DNA of 64,000 bases, from contig CAXXOA010000002.1 of the NCBI GenBank assembly GCA_963666275.2, positions 1,280,001 to 1,344,000 on the forward strand, written 5' to 3'. The translations under genes were made by a program, and so were the position numbers. Positions 8,826-18,218 of this stretch are shown here, in pieces. The DNA is from Oceanispirochaeta sp. Lineage in GTDB: Bacteria; Spirochaetota; Spirochaetia; DSM-2461. The notes beneath the pieces were generated by a model, which did no database searches, was not told where the DNA came from, and saw only the letters and a list, made by a program, of their open reading frames with translations. Within the stretch, counting starts at the first letter, position 1, and the number at the start of each line of letters is the position of its first letter.

Positions 8826-11447
8826 ATGGCATTACTGAATTCCTTCATGGAAGCAAAAATCTCACTTCCCGAGCCGCCGGGGAACTGTCTGGATCGTAAA
8901 AGAATCCATTCCATTCTGGACGAAAGCTTCCGCCGCTGCCCTCACCTCACAATCCTTCCGGCTCCGCCGGGATATGGAAAAACCAGTGCAATTTCAAGCT
9001 GGATTTCTGAAAAAAATATTTTTGCGTCCTGGCTGTCCCTGGATAAAGGGGATAATCAACCCCTTAGATTCCTTGCCTATCTAAGCTATTCCATCGAAGC
9101 AAAGGCTTCTGATTTCGGAAGTTCCCTGAAACAGTATCTCTCCCTGCCGGTGCTCCCCCCTTCAGAGTTTATCGCTGCAGCCTTCATACAGGAAATCGAA
9201 ATTTTAAACCGACCGATTTCTGTTGTCCTGGACGATTACCACGTTATTGACAATGAGTATATCCACTCATTGTTTCAGTATGTTTTCCGGTTTTTTCCCC
9301 GGAATCTGCATTTGGTCATTGCCTCAAGGCATGACCCGCCCTTTCAGCTGGGAAAGTTGAGGCTGGAGTCCCGCGTAACGGAACTGCGCATGGATGAATT
9401 GAGGTTTGATACAGAAGAAATACACCATTTTCTGAGGAGCAGACTGGAGCACCGTTTCAGTCAGAATAATCTGAGACTAATCGAAGAGAAAACAGAAGGA
9501 TGGATTGCGGTTCTTCAGCTCTTTGTTTTATCAGCGGAAAAACTGGATTCCGGAAAAACAGATCTGTTTATAGGGGATTTCAGCGGTACCAGTAGATTCG
9601 TCATCGATTATCTTCTGGAAGAATTTCTTTCCCAAATGGATCAGGATACTATCCATTTCCTCTCAACCGTTTCTCTGCTGGAGAGATTCTGCATAAGCCT
9701 CTACGAATATATAACAGAAAACCGGAAGGGCCGGAAGATCCTGGAGAATCTGGACGTAAATGGTCTCTTTTTAATCGATATGGATGGAACCGGGCAATGG
9801 TTCAAGCTGCACAATCTGGTTTCAGGTTTTTTTACTGCCAGATACCCTCTGGAAAACAGGGAGGCATTACTGAAAAAAGCTTCTGAGTGGTTTGAAAAAC
9901 AGGGACTCATCCCGGAAGCCATAAAATATTCTCTGATGAATCCGGAAGAAAGTGAAAATGCCCGGCTTATTAAACTGGAAGCCGATAAAGCATTCCGGAG
10001 CGGCCAGTTCGGTCTGCTGAATGATCTGTTTGTGAAATATGGACATAGGGGAGAAAACAACTCCTATCTATTAATATTGAAAAGCTGGAGCTGTTTACTG
10101 CAGGGAGACTTTGAAGGTTTTGAAAACACAATTGAGATACTGGACCGAAAAGTTTTAGATGGATCTAACGGGTACGACAGAAAGAATCTGCAGCTCCTTA
10201 AAGCTCTGAAATACAGCCTTGAAGGTAAATCCTCAATCCTGAAACAGTTTGATGAGCCCTCCTCCTTAACCTGGCAGCAGGAAGAAACTATAACCCTGAT
10301 AACCCTGCTTGTATCGGGAATCATCAAATACAGTACGAACCATCTTACCGATGCTTTATATACGCTGGAAAAAGCGTTCTCTCCGGCAAAGGATACGGGG
10401 AATCTTTTTCTGCTCTATTGTATCGTCAGCAGCATGGCTTACATTCTGCTGGATAGGGGAGAGATCCGTAAGGCAGAGACTCTCTGCAGAGAGGCTGAGA
10501 ATGATTTTTCCGACAAAAAAGGAATTGAACTGCCCCTTGCCGGCCTGCTATATATTCCTCTCTCTTATTGCCGCTATCATGCCGGGGACTTCGAAACAGC
10601 CCTTGAGCTGGCAGAAAAAGGGTATCAGTATTGTTCTCAATTAAAAATCCACCATTTGATCAGGGATGACGGAACTCTGATCCTATCCAGAATATGGCAG
10701 GAGAGGGGAAGGCCGGATAGTGCGGCGGAAATTCTTTCCAGAACAGTGACCAGGGGAACATGGGAGTATCTGACACGTTTCAGCGGAAACGTGTCAGCCA
10801 TGAAAGCCCTTATCCATTTGAAAAAGAATGAACTTGAACCGGCACAAACCTGGATGATGAGCATGGGAAAGAGTCAGGATCTGTCGGGGATTTCCCACTT
10901 TGAAATGGAAGTTCATGTGTACGGACTGATTCTTTCTGGTTCTTTCAGTGCAGCCCGAAAGATCCTTGATATCCATATTGAACAATCCATGGAAAAGGAA
11001 CTTAACGGCCGGTTACCGGGGCTATATGTTTTATTGTGTGCACTGTTCTTGAGACAAAAGGATGAGGATCGTGCTTTCTCTGCGCTGAGAAAAGCTCTCG
11101 ATCTTTCAGATGAATCGGGATTTATCAGTCCTTTTCTTGAATACTTCAGTGATATCCATACTCTGCTCCCCGGATTGGCCAGAACAAGTCAGAAACCTGT
11201 GGATCGAATACGGAATGCCTATTACGAAAAAACGTTGGTCAAAGAGAAAAAACTATCCGGTTTTAATGAACTGAGCCGCAGAGAAAAGGAGATCCTGAAG
11301 CTGATTGACAAAGGCTTTTCCAATGGGGAAATTGCGGAAAACCTGTTTATCAGTACAGGGACAGTGAAATGGCATGTAAGCAATATTTTTGTCAAACTTG
11401 ATGTTAAAAACAGAACCGAGGCTGCAGCTGCAGCGAGGGGGTTCTGA
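8826..11447 (+). CDS. MalT-like ATP-dependent LuxR transcriptional regulator
   Basis: Walker A APPGYGKT, WLSLD, Walker B VLDDYH, TEGW, helical repeats, C-terminal LSRREKEIL...TVKWHVSNIFVKL. Confidence 0.92.
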   Translation: MALLNSFMEAKISLPEPPGNCLDRKRIHSILDESFRRCPHLTILPAPPGYGKTSAISSWISEKNIFASWLSLDKGDNQPLRFLAYLSYSIEAKASDFGSSLKQYLSLPVLPPSEFIAAAFIQEIEILNRPISVVLDDYHVIDNEYIHSLFQYVFRFFPRNLHLVIASRHDPPFQLGKLRLESRVTELRMDELRFDTEEIHHFLRSRLEHRFSQNNLRLIEEKTEGWIAVLQLFVLSAEKLDSGKTDLFIGDFSGTSRFVIDYLLEEFLSQMDQDTIHFLSTVSLLERFCISLYEYITENRKGRKILENLDVNGLFLIDMDGTGQWFKLHNLVSGFFTARYPLENREALLKKASEWFEKQGLIPEAIKYSLMNPEESENARLIKLEADKAFRSGQFGLLNDLFVKYGHRGENNSYLLILKSWSCLLQGDFEGFENTIEILDRKVLDGSNGYDRKNLQLLKALKYSLEGKSSILKQFDEPSSLTWQQEETITLITLLVSGIIKYSTNHLTDALYTLEKAFSPAKDTGNLFLLYCIVSSMAYILLDRGEIRKAETLCREAENDFSDKKGIELPLAGLLYIPLSYCRYHAGDFETALELAEKGYQYCSQLKIHHLIRDDGTLILSRIWQERGRPDSAAEILSRTVTRGTWEYLTRFSGNVSAMKALIHLKKNELEPAQTWMMSMGKSQDLSGISHFEMEVHVYGLILSGSFSAARKILDIHIEQSMEKELNGRLPGLYVLLCALFLRQKDEDRAFSALRKALDLSDESGFISPFLEYFSDIHTLLPGLARTSQKPVDRIRNAYYEKTLVKEKKLSGFNELSRREKEILKLIDKGFSNGEIAENLFISTGTVKWHVSNIFVKLDVKNRTEAAAAARGF

Positions 11448-11473
11448 ATTCATAGAGGAAGTGAGATGAGGAT

Positions 11474-12751
11474 ATGAACTGGGAAAAGAGACGATTGAAT
11501 ATCGGTTTTGTATCGACCCGATTTGCCGGAACAGACGGTGTTTCTCTGGAAACGGAAAAATGGGAGAAAATCTTCGAAAGTTTCGGCCATGTTAACCATT
11601 GGTTTGCCGGTGAGCTGGACAGAGATCCTGATAGGAGTCTTCTGGTGGAGGAGGCCTTTTTCAATAACAGGGAGAATCTTTCTCTGAATAAACTCATTTT
11701 CGGGTCTGTTCTAAGATCACGATCTGTTACCGATTTAATTCATGAAAAGAAAGAATATCTGAAGGACAAACTCTATGAATTTATCAATAGATTCGGAATC
11801 GATATTCTCATTGCCGAAAACTGTCTGGCCATCCCCATGCATATTCCTCTGGGACTGGCTCTGACTGAGGTTATTGTAGAAACCCAACTGCCTGTGATCG
11901 CCCATCATCACGACTTTTACTGGGAACGCAGCCGGTTTCTGATTAATGCCGCGGGAGATATTCTCTCTTCATCATTTCCTCCTGAACTGCCTTCCATAAA
12001 GCATGTGGTAATCAATTCGATGATTCAGAAGGATCTTGCCGCAAAAAGGGGAATCTCCTCCACAGTGATTTATAATGTGATCGACTTTGATAAGAGTCTC
12101 AATGGCATCGATGATTTCAACAGGGATTTCCGCTCTGCCCTGGGTTTTGATGAGGAGGATATTCTCATTTTACAACCTACCAGGATTGTCTCGAGAAAAG
12201 GGATCGAACATGCTTTGAACCTGGTAAAGAGGCTGGATATGCCGAGAGTGAAACTTATCATCTCCCATTCGGCCGGTGATGAAGGGGATGAGTATTTCAA
12301 CTGGGTCAGGGAAACCGCTGAGCAAATGTCCATACCTGTATTCTTCATCTACAATCACCTCTTCGACAGGAGAAAATACGATGAAGAAGGGAAGAAACTG
12401 TATTGTCTCTGGGATGTCTATCCCCATGTGGATCTGGTGACGTATCCCAGCCTTTATGAGGGTTTCGGGAATGCCTTCCTCGAAGCCGTCTATTTTAAAA
12501 AACCTCTGCTTGTGAATCGTTATTCCGTCTATATCACTGATATAGAACCGAAAGGTTTTGATGTTGTTGCCATAGACGGATATCTGACGCAGAACACGGT
12601 AGATGATATTCGGGATGTTCTGGTGAATAAAGACAGACGGGATCGCATGGTGGAAAAGAATTTCACTTTAGGGAAAAAATATTTTTCCATGAACCTGCTC
12701 AGAAGAAGATTGAGTACCATTCTTGACAGCATTTATGGAGAAGAAAGCTGA
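11474..12751 (+). CDS. Glycosyltransferase family 4 (mannosylglucosylglycerate synthase-like)
   Basis: GTDGVSLE, HHHDFYWER, QPTRIVSRKGIE, YPSLYEGFGNAFLEA. Confidence 0.85.
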   Translation: MNWEKRRLNIGFVSTRFAGTDGVSLETEKWEKIFESFGHVNHWFAGELDRDPDRSLLVEEAFFNNRENLSLNKLIFGSVLRSRSVTDLIHEKKEYLKDKLYEFINRFGIDILIAENCLAIPMHIPLGLALTEVIVETQLPVIAHHHDFYWERSRFLINAAGDILSSSFPPELPSIKHVVINSMIQKDLAAKRGISSTVIYNVIDFDKSLNGIDDFNRDFRSALGFDEEDILILQPTRIVSRKGIEHALNLVKRLDMPRVKLIISHSAGDEGDEYFNWVRETAEQMSIPVFFIYNHLFDRRKYDEEGKKLYCLWDVYPHVDLVTYPSLYEGFGNAFLEAVYFKKPLLVNRYSVYITDIEPKGFDVVAIDGYLTQNTVDDIRDVLVNKDRRDRMVEKNFTLGKKYFSMNLLRRRLSTILDSIYGEES

Positions 12752-12805
12752 AAGATTATTTTAAGAGTCTTTTAAACTGCACTTCTCACTGATTTTTGAA
12801 ATATG

Positions 12806-12827
12806 GGGATCCAGAAGCAGATCCCCA
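12806..12827. terminator. Stem-loop between convergent genes
   Basis: GGGGATC-N8-GATCCCC. Confidence 0.4.
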
Positions 12828-12835
12828 AAGGAGTT

Positions 12836-13762
12836 TTATCCCAACACATCCAGGATGTTCCGGACGGCGGATTCTGTGGCCCGGTCGACGCTCTCGGAGG
12901 TAAAACCGCCAATATGGGATGTCAGGATAACCTTGGGATGCATAAGCAGGGGAGTCAGGGCAGGCGGTTCTGATTCAAACGCATCCACCGCGTATCCCGA
13001 AACACTGCCGCTGTCCAGAGCGCTCAGAAGGGCTTTCTGGTCAACAAGCTGAGCCCTTGCGGTGTTCACGAGATAGCATCCCTTTTTCATTCTTTTTATA
13101 ACCTCCTCATCAATAAGAGGTTTCTCTCCTGCCGGACAGTGGAGGGTTATGATATCGCTTTTTGAAAGAACCTCTTCCAGAGCGGCATAACGGAAAGAAG
13201 GAATCCTTTCGGGCAGAGTTTCATCAGGATAGAGGTCGTACCCCAGAATATTCATATCCATTCCGGCTGCCATCTTTGCCACATACCGGCCTATCTGTCC
13301 GGTACCGATAATGCCCAGTGTTTTACCTTCCGCTTCAATACCCTTGGCCCTTTCCCAGCCGCCGTTTTTAATAGAAAGGCTGGTCTGGGGAACAGACCGG
13401 ATCAGAGTCAGCATCAGCGTAATTGCCAGTTCCGCCACGCCCCGGGAGTTCGCCCCTCTGGCGACCTGCAGGGCTATTCCCATCTCTTCAGCGGCTTTTC
13501 TGTCCACATTGTCTATCCCCACACCGTTCCGGCTGATTACTTTCAGGTTCGGGCACTGTCTCAAAACCCGGGAGCTTACTTTCTCGACTCCCGCCAAGTA
13601 CCCGATACAGCCGGGGAGGACTCTGGCTAGATCCTCTTCTCCCGGCTGCTTTCCGGGAAAAGGGGTCAATACTTCGTATCCCGCTTTTTCCAGTTCCTTC
13701 AGATAGGGATGGCCGTTCTTACTCAGAGACCGGGGGGTTACCAGGATCTTTCCTTTGCTCAT
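12836..13762 (-). CDS. D-isomer-specific 2-hydroxyacid dehydrogenase (phosphoglycerate dehydrogenase-like, no ACT domain)
   Basis: GIIGTGQIG, LVNTARA, DAFESEP, TSHIGG catalytic R/E/H. Confidence 0.9.
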   Translation of the reverse strand: MSKGKILVTPRSLSKNGHPYLKELEKAGYEVLTPFPGKQPGEEDLARVLPGCIGYLAGVEKVSSRVLRQCPNLKVISRNGVGIDNVDRKAAEEMGIALQVARGANSRGVAELAITLMLTLIRSVPQTSLSIKNGGWERAKGIEAEGKTLGIIGTGQIGRYVAKMAAGMDMNILGYDLYPDETLPERIPSFRYAALEEVLSKSDIITLHCPAGEKPLIDEEVIKRMKKGCYLVNTARAQLVDQKALLSALDSGSVSGYAVDAFESEPPALTPLLMHPKVILTSHIGGFTSESVDRATESAVRNILDVLG

Positions 13763-13772
13763 AAAAGTCCTC

Positions 13773-14357
13773 TCAGTTTCCCCATTTCGGGTTATCTACA
13801 ACCGCCCAGCTGCCGTTTTTCTCAATCACCAGCTTCCGGAATCCTTTTTCTTTGATGGAGCCGTAGTCGTGGCCTGCATCGGCCCGGAAGACATAGAATG
13901 TGATCAGAGTCTCTGTATCGGAAAGGTTGATGCTTCTGTGAGCGTATCGGCCGGGTACATAGACTGCCTGGCCGGGACGCATCTCCTTGTAGATCACGTC
14001 CCCTTCGGGGCTTTCCATCATCATCATGCCGTATCCGGCCTGGCAGTAGTAAATTTCTGCGGTATCAAGAATCGTATGGAAGTGGCCGTTGGTCATGTGG
14101 TATTCGTCTCCCACTTTCCCGGGGTAGACAATACTGGTTCCGAAGCAGAGATCGCCCTCTTTTTCAGGAACTCCAAAATCATAAAAACGGTAGATCAGTT
14201 TATTCCCATTCTCTTCCAGCTTCTGCCTGGCTTCTTCATCAAAGTACATATTTTTCATATCCGAGCAGCGTCTTTCCAGAGGATAGATACTGTCGGCCAG
14301 TCCCGTGACGGGATCAAAGTGGGTCGGGGTAACGACATAATCGGGAAAATTCATCAT
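13773..14357 (-). CDS. Cupin-type (archaeal-type) glucose-6-phosphate isomerase family protein
   Basis: PGKVGDEYHMTNGHFH...AEIY, YVPGRYAHRSIN, DAGHDYG. Confidence 0.88.
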   Translation of the reverse strand: MMNFPDYVVTPTHFDPVTGLADSIYPLERRCSDMKNMYFDEEARQKLEENGNKLIYRFYDFGVPEKEGDLCFGTSIVYPGKVGDEYHMTNGHFHTILDTAEIYYCQAGYGMMMMESPEGDVIYKEMRPGQAVYVPGRYAHRSINLSDTETLITFYVFRADAGHDYGSIKEKGFRKLVIEKNGSWAVVDNPKWGN

Positions 14358-15308
14358 TCAGCTCCTTGTTGAGGCGGCGATATCCGAAAGCTTTTCGAAC
14401 TCCGGTCCGCTGGTGGGGATATCAATGTGGAAGACTTCGGCAATGACTCTGGTCCATCCGTGTATGAAATAGAACCATCCGTCTTCAATGCGGAGATTCT
14501 TCTTTGTCTTCTGGGCTTTGGCCTGGTCAAGAAAAATCAGATCTCCCCTGTAGTTGAAGTCCCAGACAACCGCTTTTTCGGGAAAATCAACCTTATCAGT
14601 GAGTGGAGAACCGGGACGGTCCTTACCGAGGCCGGTGGCATTGGCTATGAGGGATCCCGGTTTCAGTTGGGCAACAACTTTATCGTTATCCGAAGGGGAG
14701 GGACAGAGATAGTAGTCAAAGCTGATATCCGTACCCAATTTTCTGTGAATCTCCTTCATTTCATTTAAACGTGGTTCAGACCGGTTGCTTATGATGATCC
14801 TGGCCGGGACGGTACCGCCGTTTTTTTTCTTGTTAATCAGGTAGAGAGTCAGAGCCAGTGAGGATCCTCCGGCACCCAGTATGTGCAGGTCCGCCCCGGA
14901 CTCCTTCCAGTAGGCATCGTCTGCAATGGCGTCCAGGGAAAGCCCGCTTGTAATGGGATCCTTGGCATGGGCCCAGAGTTCTTTTCCCCTTTTGGATAGG
15001 GAACTGGCTTCATCCAGCAATTGGGCGTATTCGCCCCTGCCCTCAAAAAGGTCTCCACAGGCTTTGAGCAGATCCAGCTTGTGGGTCGTTACAAGGGCAC
15101 CCAGGGACAGTTCATCTTTTTTAATGAATTCCACAGCTTCCCTATATTGCTCCGGAGCAGAGTGGGGTTCGAAATCGAAGCCTTTGATAACCGCGTTGAG
15201 TCCAAGGTGCTCCGCCCACTTGGGGAATACTTTCATAATGGAAGATTTACCGGTAGTGACGCCTATGAAGTACATGGTCCTTTCTTTTGCCGGTGTGTAA
15301 TCGTTCAT
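14358..15308 (-). CDS. Shikimate dehydrogenase-like NAD(P) oxidoreductase
   Basis: LVTTHK and AHAKDP (AroE Lys/Asp positions), ILGAGGS, NATGLG, WDFNY, EDGW. Confidence 0.75.
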   Translation of the reverse strand: MNDYTPAKERTMYFIGVTTGKSSIMKVFPKWAEHLGLNAVIKGFDFEPHSAPEQYREAVEFIKKDELSLGALVTTHKLDLLKACGDLFEGRGEYAQLLDEASSLSKRGKELWAHAKDPITSGLSLDAIADDAYWKESGADLHILGAGGSSLALTLYLINKKKNGGTVPARIIISNRSEPRLNEMKEIHRKLGTDISFDYYLCPSPSDNDKVVAQLKPGSLIANATGLGKDRPGSPLTDKVDFPEKAVVWDFNYRGDLIFLDQAKAQKTKKNLRIEDGWFYFIHGWTRVIAEVFHIDIPTSGPEFEKLSDIAASTRS

Positions 15309-15397
15309 GTAACACTCCTGTTCTTTCTGTTGTCATTTGATATCGATATTTGTTAGATACTGGAATGTTACACCCCTTGTTTTAGCATGTCAACAAT

Positions 15398-15470
15398 AAA
15401 TGATAACAAATGCTTGACAAATGATAATGTTGAGCCTATCCTGCTAATAGGAAATAATAGCAAATAATAA
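15398..15470 (+). promoter_or_regulatory. Sigma70-type promoter with ~10-bp-spaced AAAT(G/A)ATA repeats (candidate DeoR operator)
   Basis: TTGACA 15414-15419, 17 nt, TATCCT 15437-15442; AAATG at 15398, 15408, 15419 and AAATAATA at 15452, 15462. Confidence 0.55.
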
Positions 15471-15473
15471 TAA

Positions 15474-16106
15474 GTGGAGAATGAAGTGGATATTTTTTCC
15501 CGTTTAGAAGAAGAACGTCTTGTCCCGGTTATTAAGCTGGAGACCCCGGAACAGGCATTGCCTCTCGTGGATGCCCTCTCCGCCGGTGGAATTAACGTCG
15601 CCGAAGTGACATTCAGAACCGATGCAGCCGCTGCATCCATTAAAGCAATCCGTAAAAACCGGCCTGATATCCTTGTGGGGGCCGGCACAGTTCTGGCTCT
15701 GGCTCAGCTTGATGCGGCTCTCGAAGCGGAGGCGTCGTTTATTGTGGCTCCCGGATACAATCCAGCCATTGTGGCCGCCTGTATCAAAAAAGGGGTTCCC
15801 ATCGTACCCGGTGTAACCAATCCTTCCCAGATTGAAGTCGCTATGCATGCAGGGCTGAAGGTTCTGAAGTTTTTCCCAGCCTCACTGTCGGGGGGGATCC
15901 CCATGCTGAAGGCTTTTGGCTCAGTCTATAATGCCCGGTTCATGCCCACAGGCGGTTTGAATGCGGATAATTTTACAGACTATCTGGCTCTTCCCAATGT
16001 GGTTGCCTGTGGAGGCAGCTGGATGGTGAAGGCGGAATATATCAATAAGGGGCAGTACGGGAAAATAACCGAACTCAGCGCTGCTGCAAAAGCGAGGATC
16101 AAATGA
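15474..16106 (+). CDS. eda: KDPG/KHG aldolase
   Basis: AEVTFRT, VGAGTV, LKFFPA, FMPTGG, CGGSW. Confidence 0.93.
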   Translation: MENEVDIFSRLEEERLVPVIKLETPEQALPLVDALSAGGINVAEVTFRTDAAAASIKAIRKNRPDILVGAGTVLALAQLDAALEAEASFIVAPGYNPAIVAACIKKGVPIVPGVTNPSQIEVAMHAGLKVLKFFPASLSGGIPMLKAFGSVYNARFMPTGGLNADNFTDYLALPNVVACGGSWMVKAEYINKGQYGKITELSAAAKARIK

Positions 16107-17119
16107 AGTCACAGGTGAATGTTGCTGTCATAGGAAGCGGTCGGGCCGGGATGATTCATGCCCGGAATTTCGCCCGTTCCATATCGGGAGGAAGGCTGGT
16201 TGCCATGATAGACCCGGTAGAAGATGCCGTCAGAGCGGCTGTGGATGAGCTGGGCATAGACAAATACTATCTGGATTACAGGGAAGCTCTGGCAGATAGG
16301 GATATTGATGCTGTCGTTGTTGTCACACCCACAGCCTATCATAGAGATATCGTCGTAAATGCGGCCTCTGCAGGGAAGCATATCCTTTGTGAAAAGCCCA
16401 TGGCCATGACTGAACAGGAGTGCCGGGACATGATTACTGCCGCAGATAAAGGAGGGGTGAAACTCCAGCTGGCTTTTATGCGCCGGTTTGACGAGAGCTT
16501 CCGCCATGCCAAAGAACGGATTGATGCCGGAGAGATCGGCGATGTGGTCTGTGTCAAATCCCTGACCCATGGTCCCAGCATTCCCCGTCCCTGGATGTAC
16601 GATATCCGGAAGAGCAACGGTCCTCTGGCGGAAGTGAGTTCACACGATATCGATGCCCTACACTGGTACAGCGGCAGTTATATCAAAGAGGTTTATGCCA
16701 TTGCGGGGAACTACAGATGTCCTGATGCAGAAGAGGAATATCCTGATTTTTATGACAATGTCCTCATGAACTGCCGTTTCAAAAACGGGGCTCAGGGAAT
16801 GGTGGACGGAGCTCAGGGCGTATTGTACGGCTACGATTCCCGAGTGGAGATTCTGGGTACCAGAGGGATTATCCATGTGGGGAAAAATCAGAACTTCAGT
16901 GTCTTGACCTGCACTCCCGAGGGAATTCACACCCCTTTTGTGAAAAGCTGGCAGAATCTCTTTATAGATGCCTATCGAGGGGAGGATAAAGCTTTTGTGG
17001 ACTGTATTCTCAATGATACAGAGCCTGAGGTTACGGGAAGGGACGGTCTGGAAGCTGTAAAGGTTGTTAATGCGGGAAACAGGTCTATCATCGAAAAGCG
17101 GCCTGTCATTCTGGAATGA
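16103..17119 (+). CDS. Gfo/Idh/MocA oxidoreductase (inositol 2-dehydrogenase-like)
   Basis: GSGRAG, CEKP, FMRRFD, HDID, YGYD. Confidence 0.9.
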   Translation: MKSQVNVAVIGSGRAGMIHARNFARSISGGRLVAMIDPVEDAVRAAVDELGIDKYYLDYREALADRDIDAVVVVTPTAYHRDIVVNAASAGKHILCEKPMAMTEQECRDMITAADKGGVKLQLAFMRRFDESFRHAKERIDAGEIGDVVCVKSLTHGPSIPRPWMYDIRKSNGPLAEVSSHDIDALHWYSGSYIKEVYAIAGNYRCPDAEEEYPDFYDNVLMNCRFKNGAQGMVDGAQGVLYGYDSRVEILGTRGIIHVGKNQNFSVLTCTPEGIHTPFVKSWQNLFIDAYRGEDKAFVDCILNDTEPEVTGRDGLEAVKVVNAGNRSIIEKRPVILE

Positions 17120-17156
17120 TGAAACTTTCTTTTAGAAGAAATCAAGGAGAGAATAG

Positions 17157-18194
17157 ATGAAAGCAGCACGACTGTATGGTATAGAGGATATCAGAGTGGA
17201 GGATCTCGCTGTACCTGAAATAACAGAGGAGGAAGTTCTTATCAGAGTAAAAGCCTCTTTTATCTGCGGGACAGATGTGAGATTTTTTAAAACCGGTAAA
17301 CCCGGTGCTTCCGATCAGCCGCTGGTAGCAGGCCATGAAATTGCAGGAGTTATCGAGAAGGTGGGCGCCAATGTGACCGGGTACTCTGTGGGCATGCGGG
17401 TGGGAGTGGCTCCCAATTACGGATGCGGAGTCTGTGATCTGTGTACCAGCGGGAATTCTCATATGTGCCTGGAATCCGAGGCTCTGGGGGTAACCGTTGA
17501 CGGCGGCTTTGCGGAATATATGAAAGTCCCCGCCCGGGCAGTGGCTCAGGGAAACATCTCTCCTCTGGAGGAGAGCATCAGTTTTGAGGAAGCTGCCCTG
17601 GCTGAGCCTCTCTCCTGTGTTTATAATGCCTATGAGAAAATCGGGATTTATCCGGGAGATCATGTCCTGGTCATCGGAGCCGGTCCTATCGGTCTTATGC
17701 ACATCAAGGTGGCCTTTCTGGCAGGGGCATCTGCAGTCTATGTGACAGATCTCAGTGAGGAGCGCCTGGCATTAGCCAAATCCCTTGTTCCGGATGTTCA
17801 GATTCTGAGTAATGAGGGTCTTATGGATTCTGTTAAAAAGGTCACCGGCGGACGGCTGATGAACCTTGTTATTACAGCTGCTTCTGTTCCGGTGATCCAG
17901 GAAAATGCTTTTAAATACGTCGGTCTTGATGGACGGGTAATGTTTTTCGGCGGTCTGCCCAAAGGAAAGTCGGAAGTGAAACTGGATACCAATGAGATCC
18001 ATTACAAACAGCTTACCGTAGCGGGAACAACCCGGCAGAGCCTGCGGCAGTACCGAACCTGCCTTAAACTGATCGCGTCGGGACGTCTGAAAGTGTCAGA
18101 TCTGGTGACATCTTCGTCACCTCTGGAGAATCTCAGCGACGTTATTGCCAATGTGGCCGCAGGAAAAGGCCTGAAAAGCGTAATTAAGGTATAA
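17157..18194 (+). CDS. Zinc-dependent polyol (sorbitol/L-iditol-type) dehydrogenase
   Basis: ICGTD, GHE, CGVCDLC...C, EPLSC, GAGPIG. Confidence 0.9.
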   Translation: MKAARLYGIEDIRVEDLAVPEITEEEVLIRVKASFICGTDVRFFKTGKPGASDQPLVAGHEIAGVIEKVGANVTGYSVGMRVGVAPNYGCGVCDLCTSGNSHMCLESEALGVTVDGGFAEYMKVPARAVAQGNISPLEESISFEEAALAEPLSCVYNAYEKIGIYPGDHVLVIGAGPIGLMHIKVAFLAGASAVYVTDLSEERLALAKSLVPDVQILSNEGLMDSVKKVTGGRLMNLVITAASVPVIQENAFKYVGLDGRVMFFGGLPKGKSEVKLDTNEIHYKQLTVAGTTRQSLRQYRTCLKLIASGRLKVSDLVTSSSPLENLSDVIANVAAGKGLKSVIKV

Positions 18195-18218
18195 TAATCA
18201 GAAAAGGAGCCAGCCATT

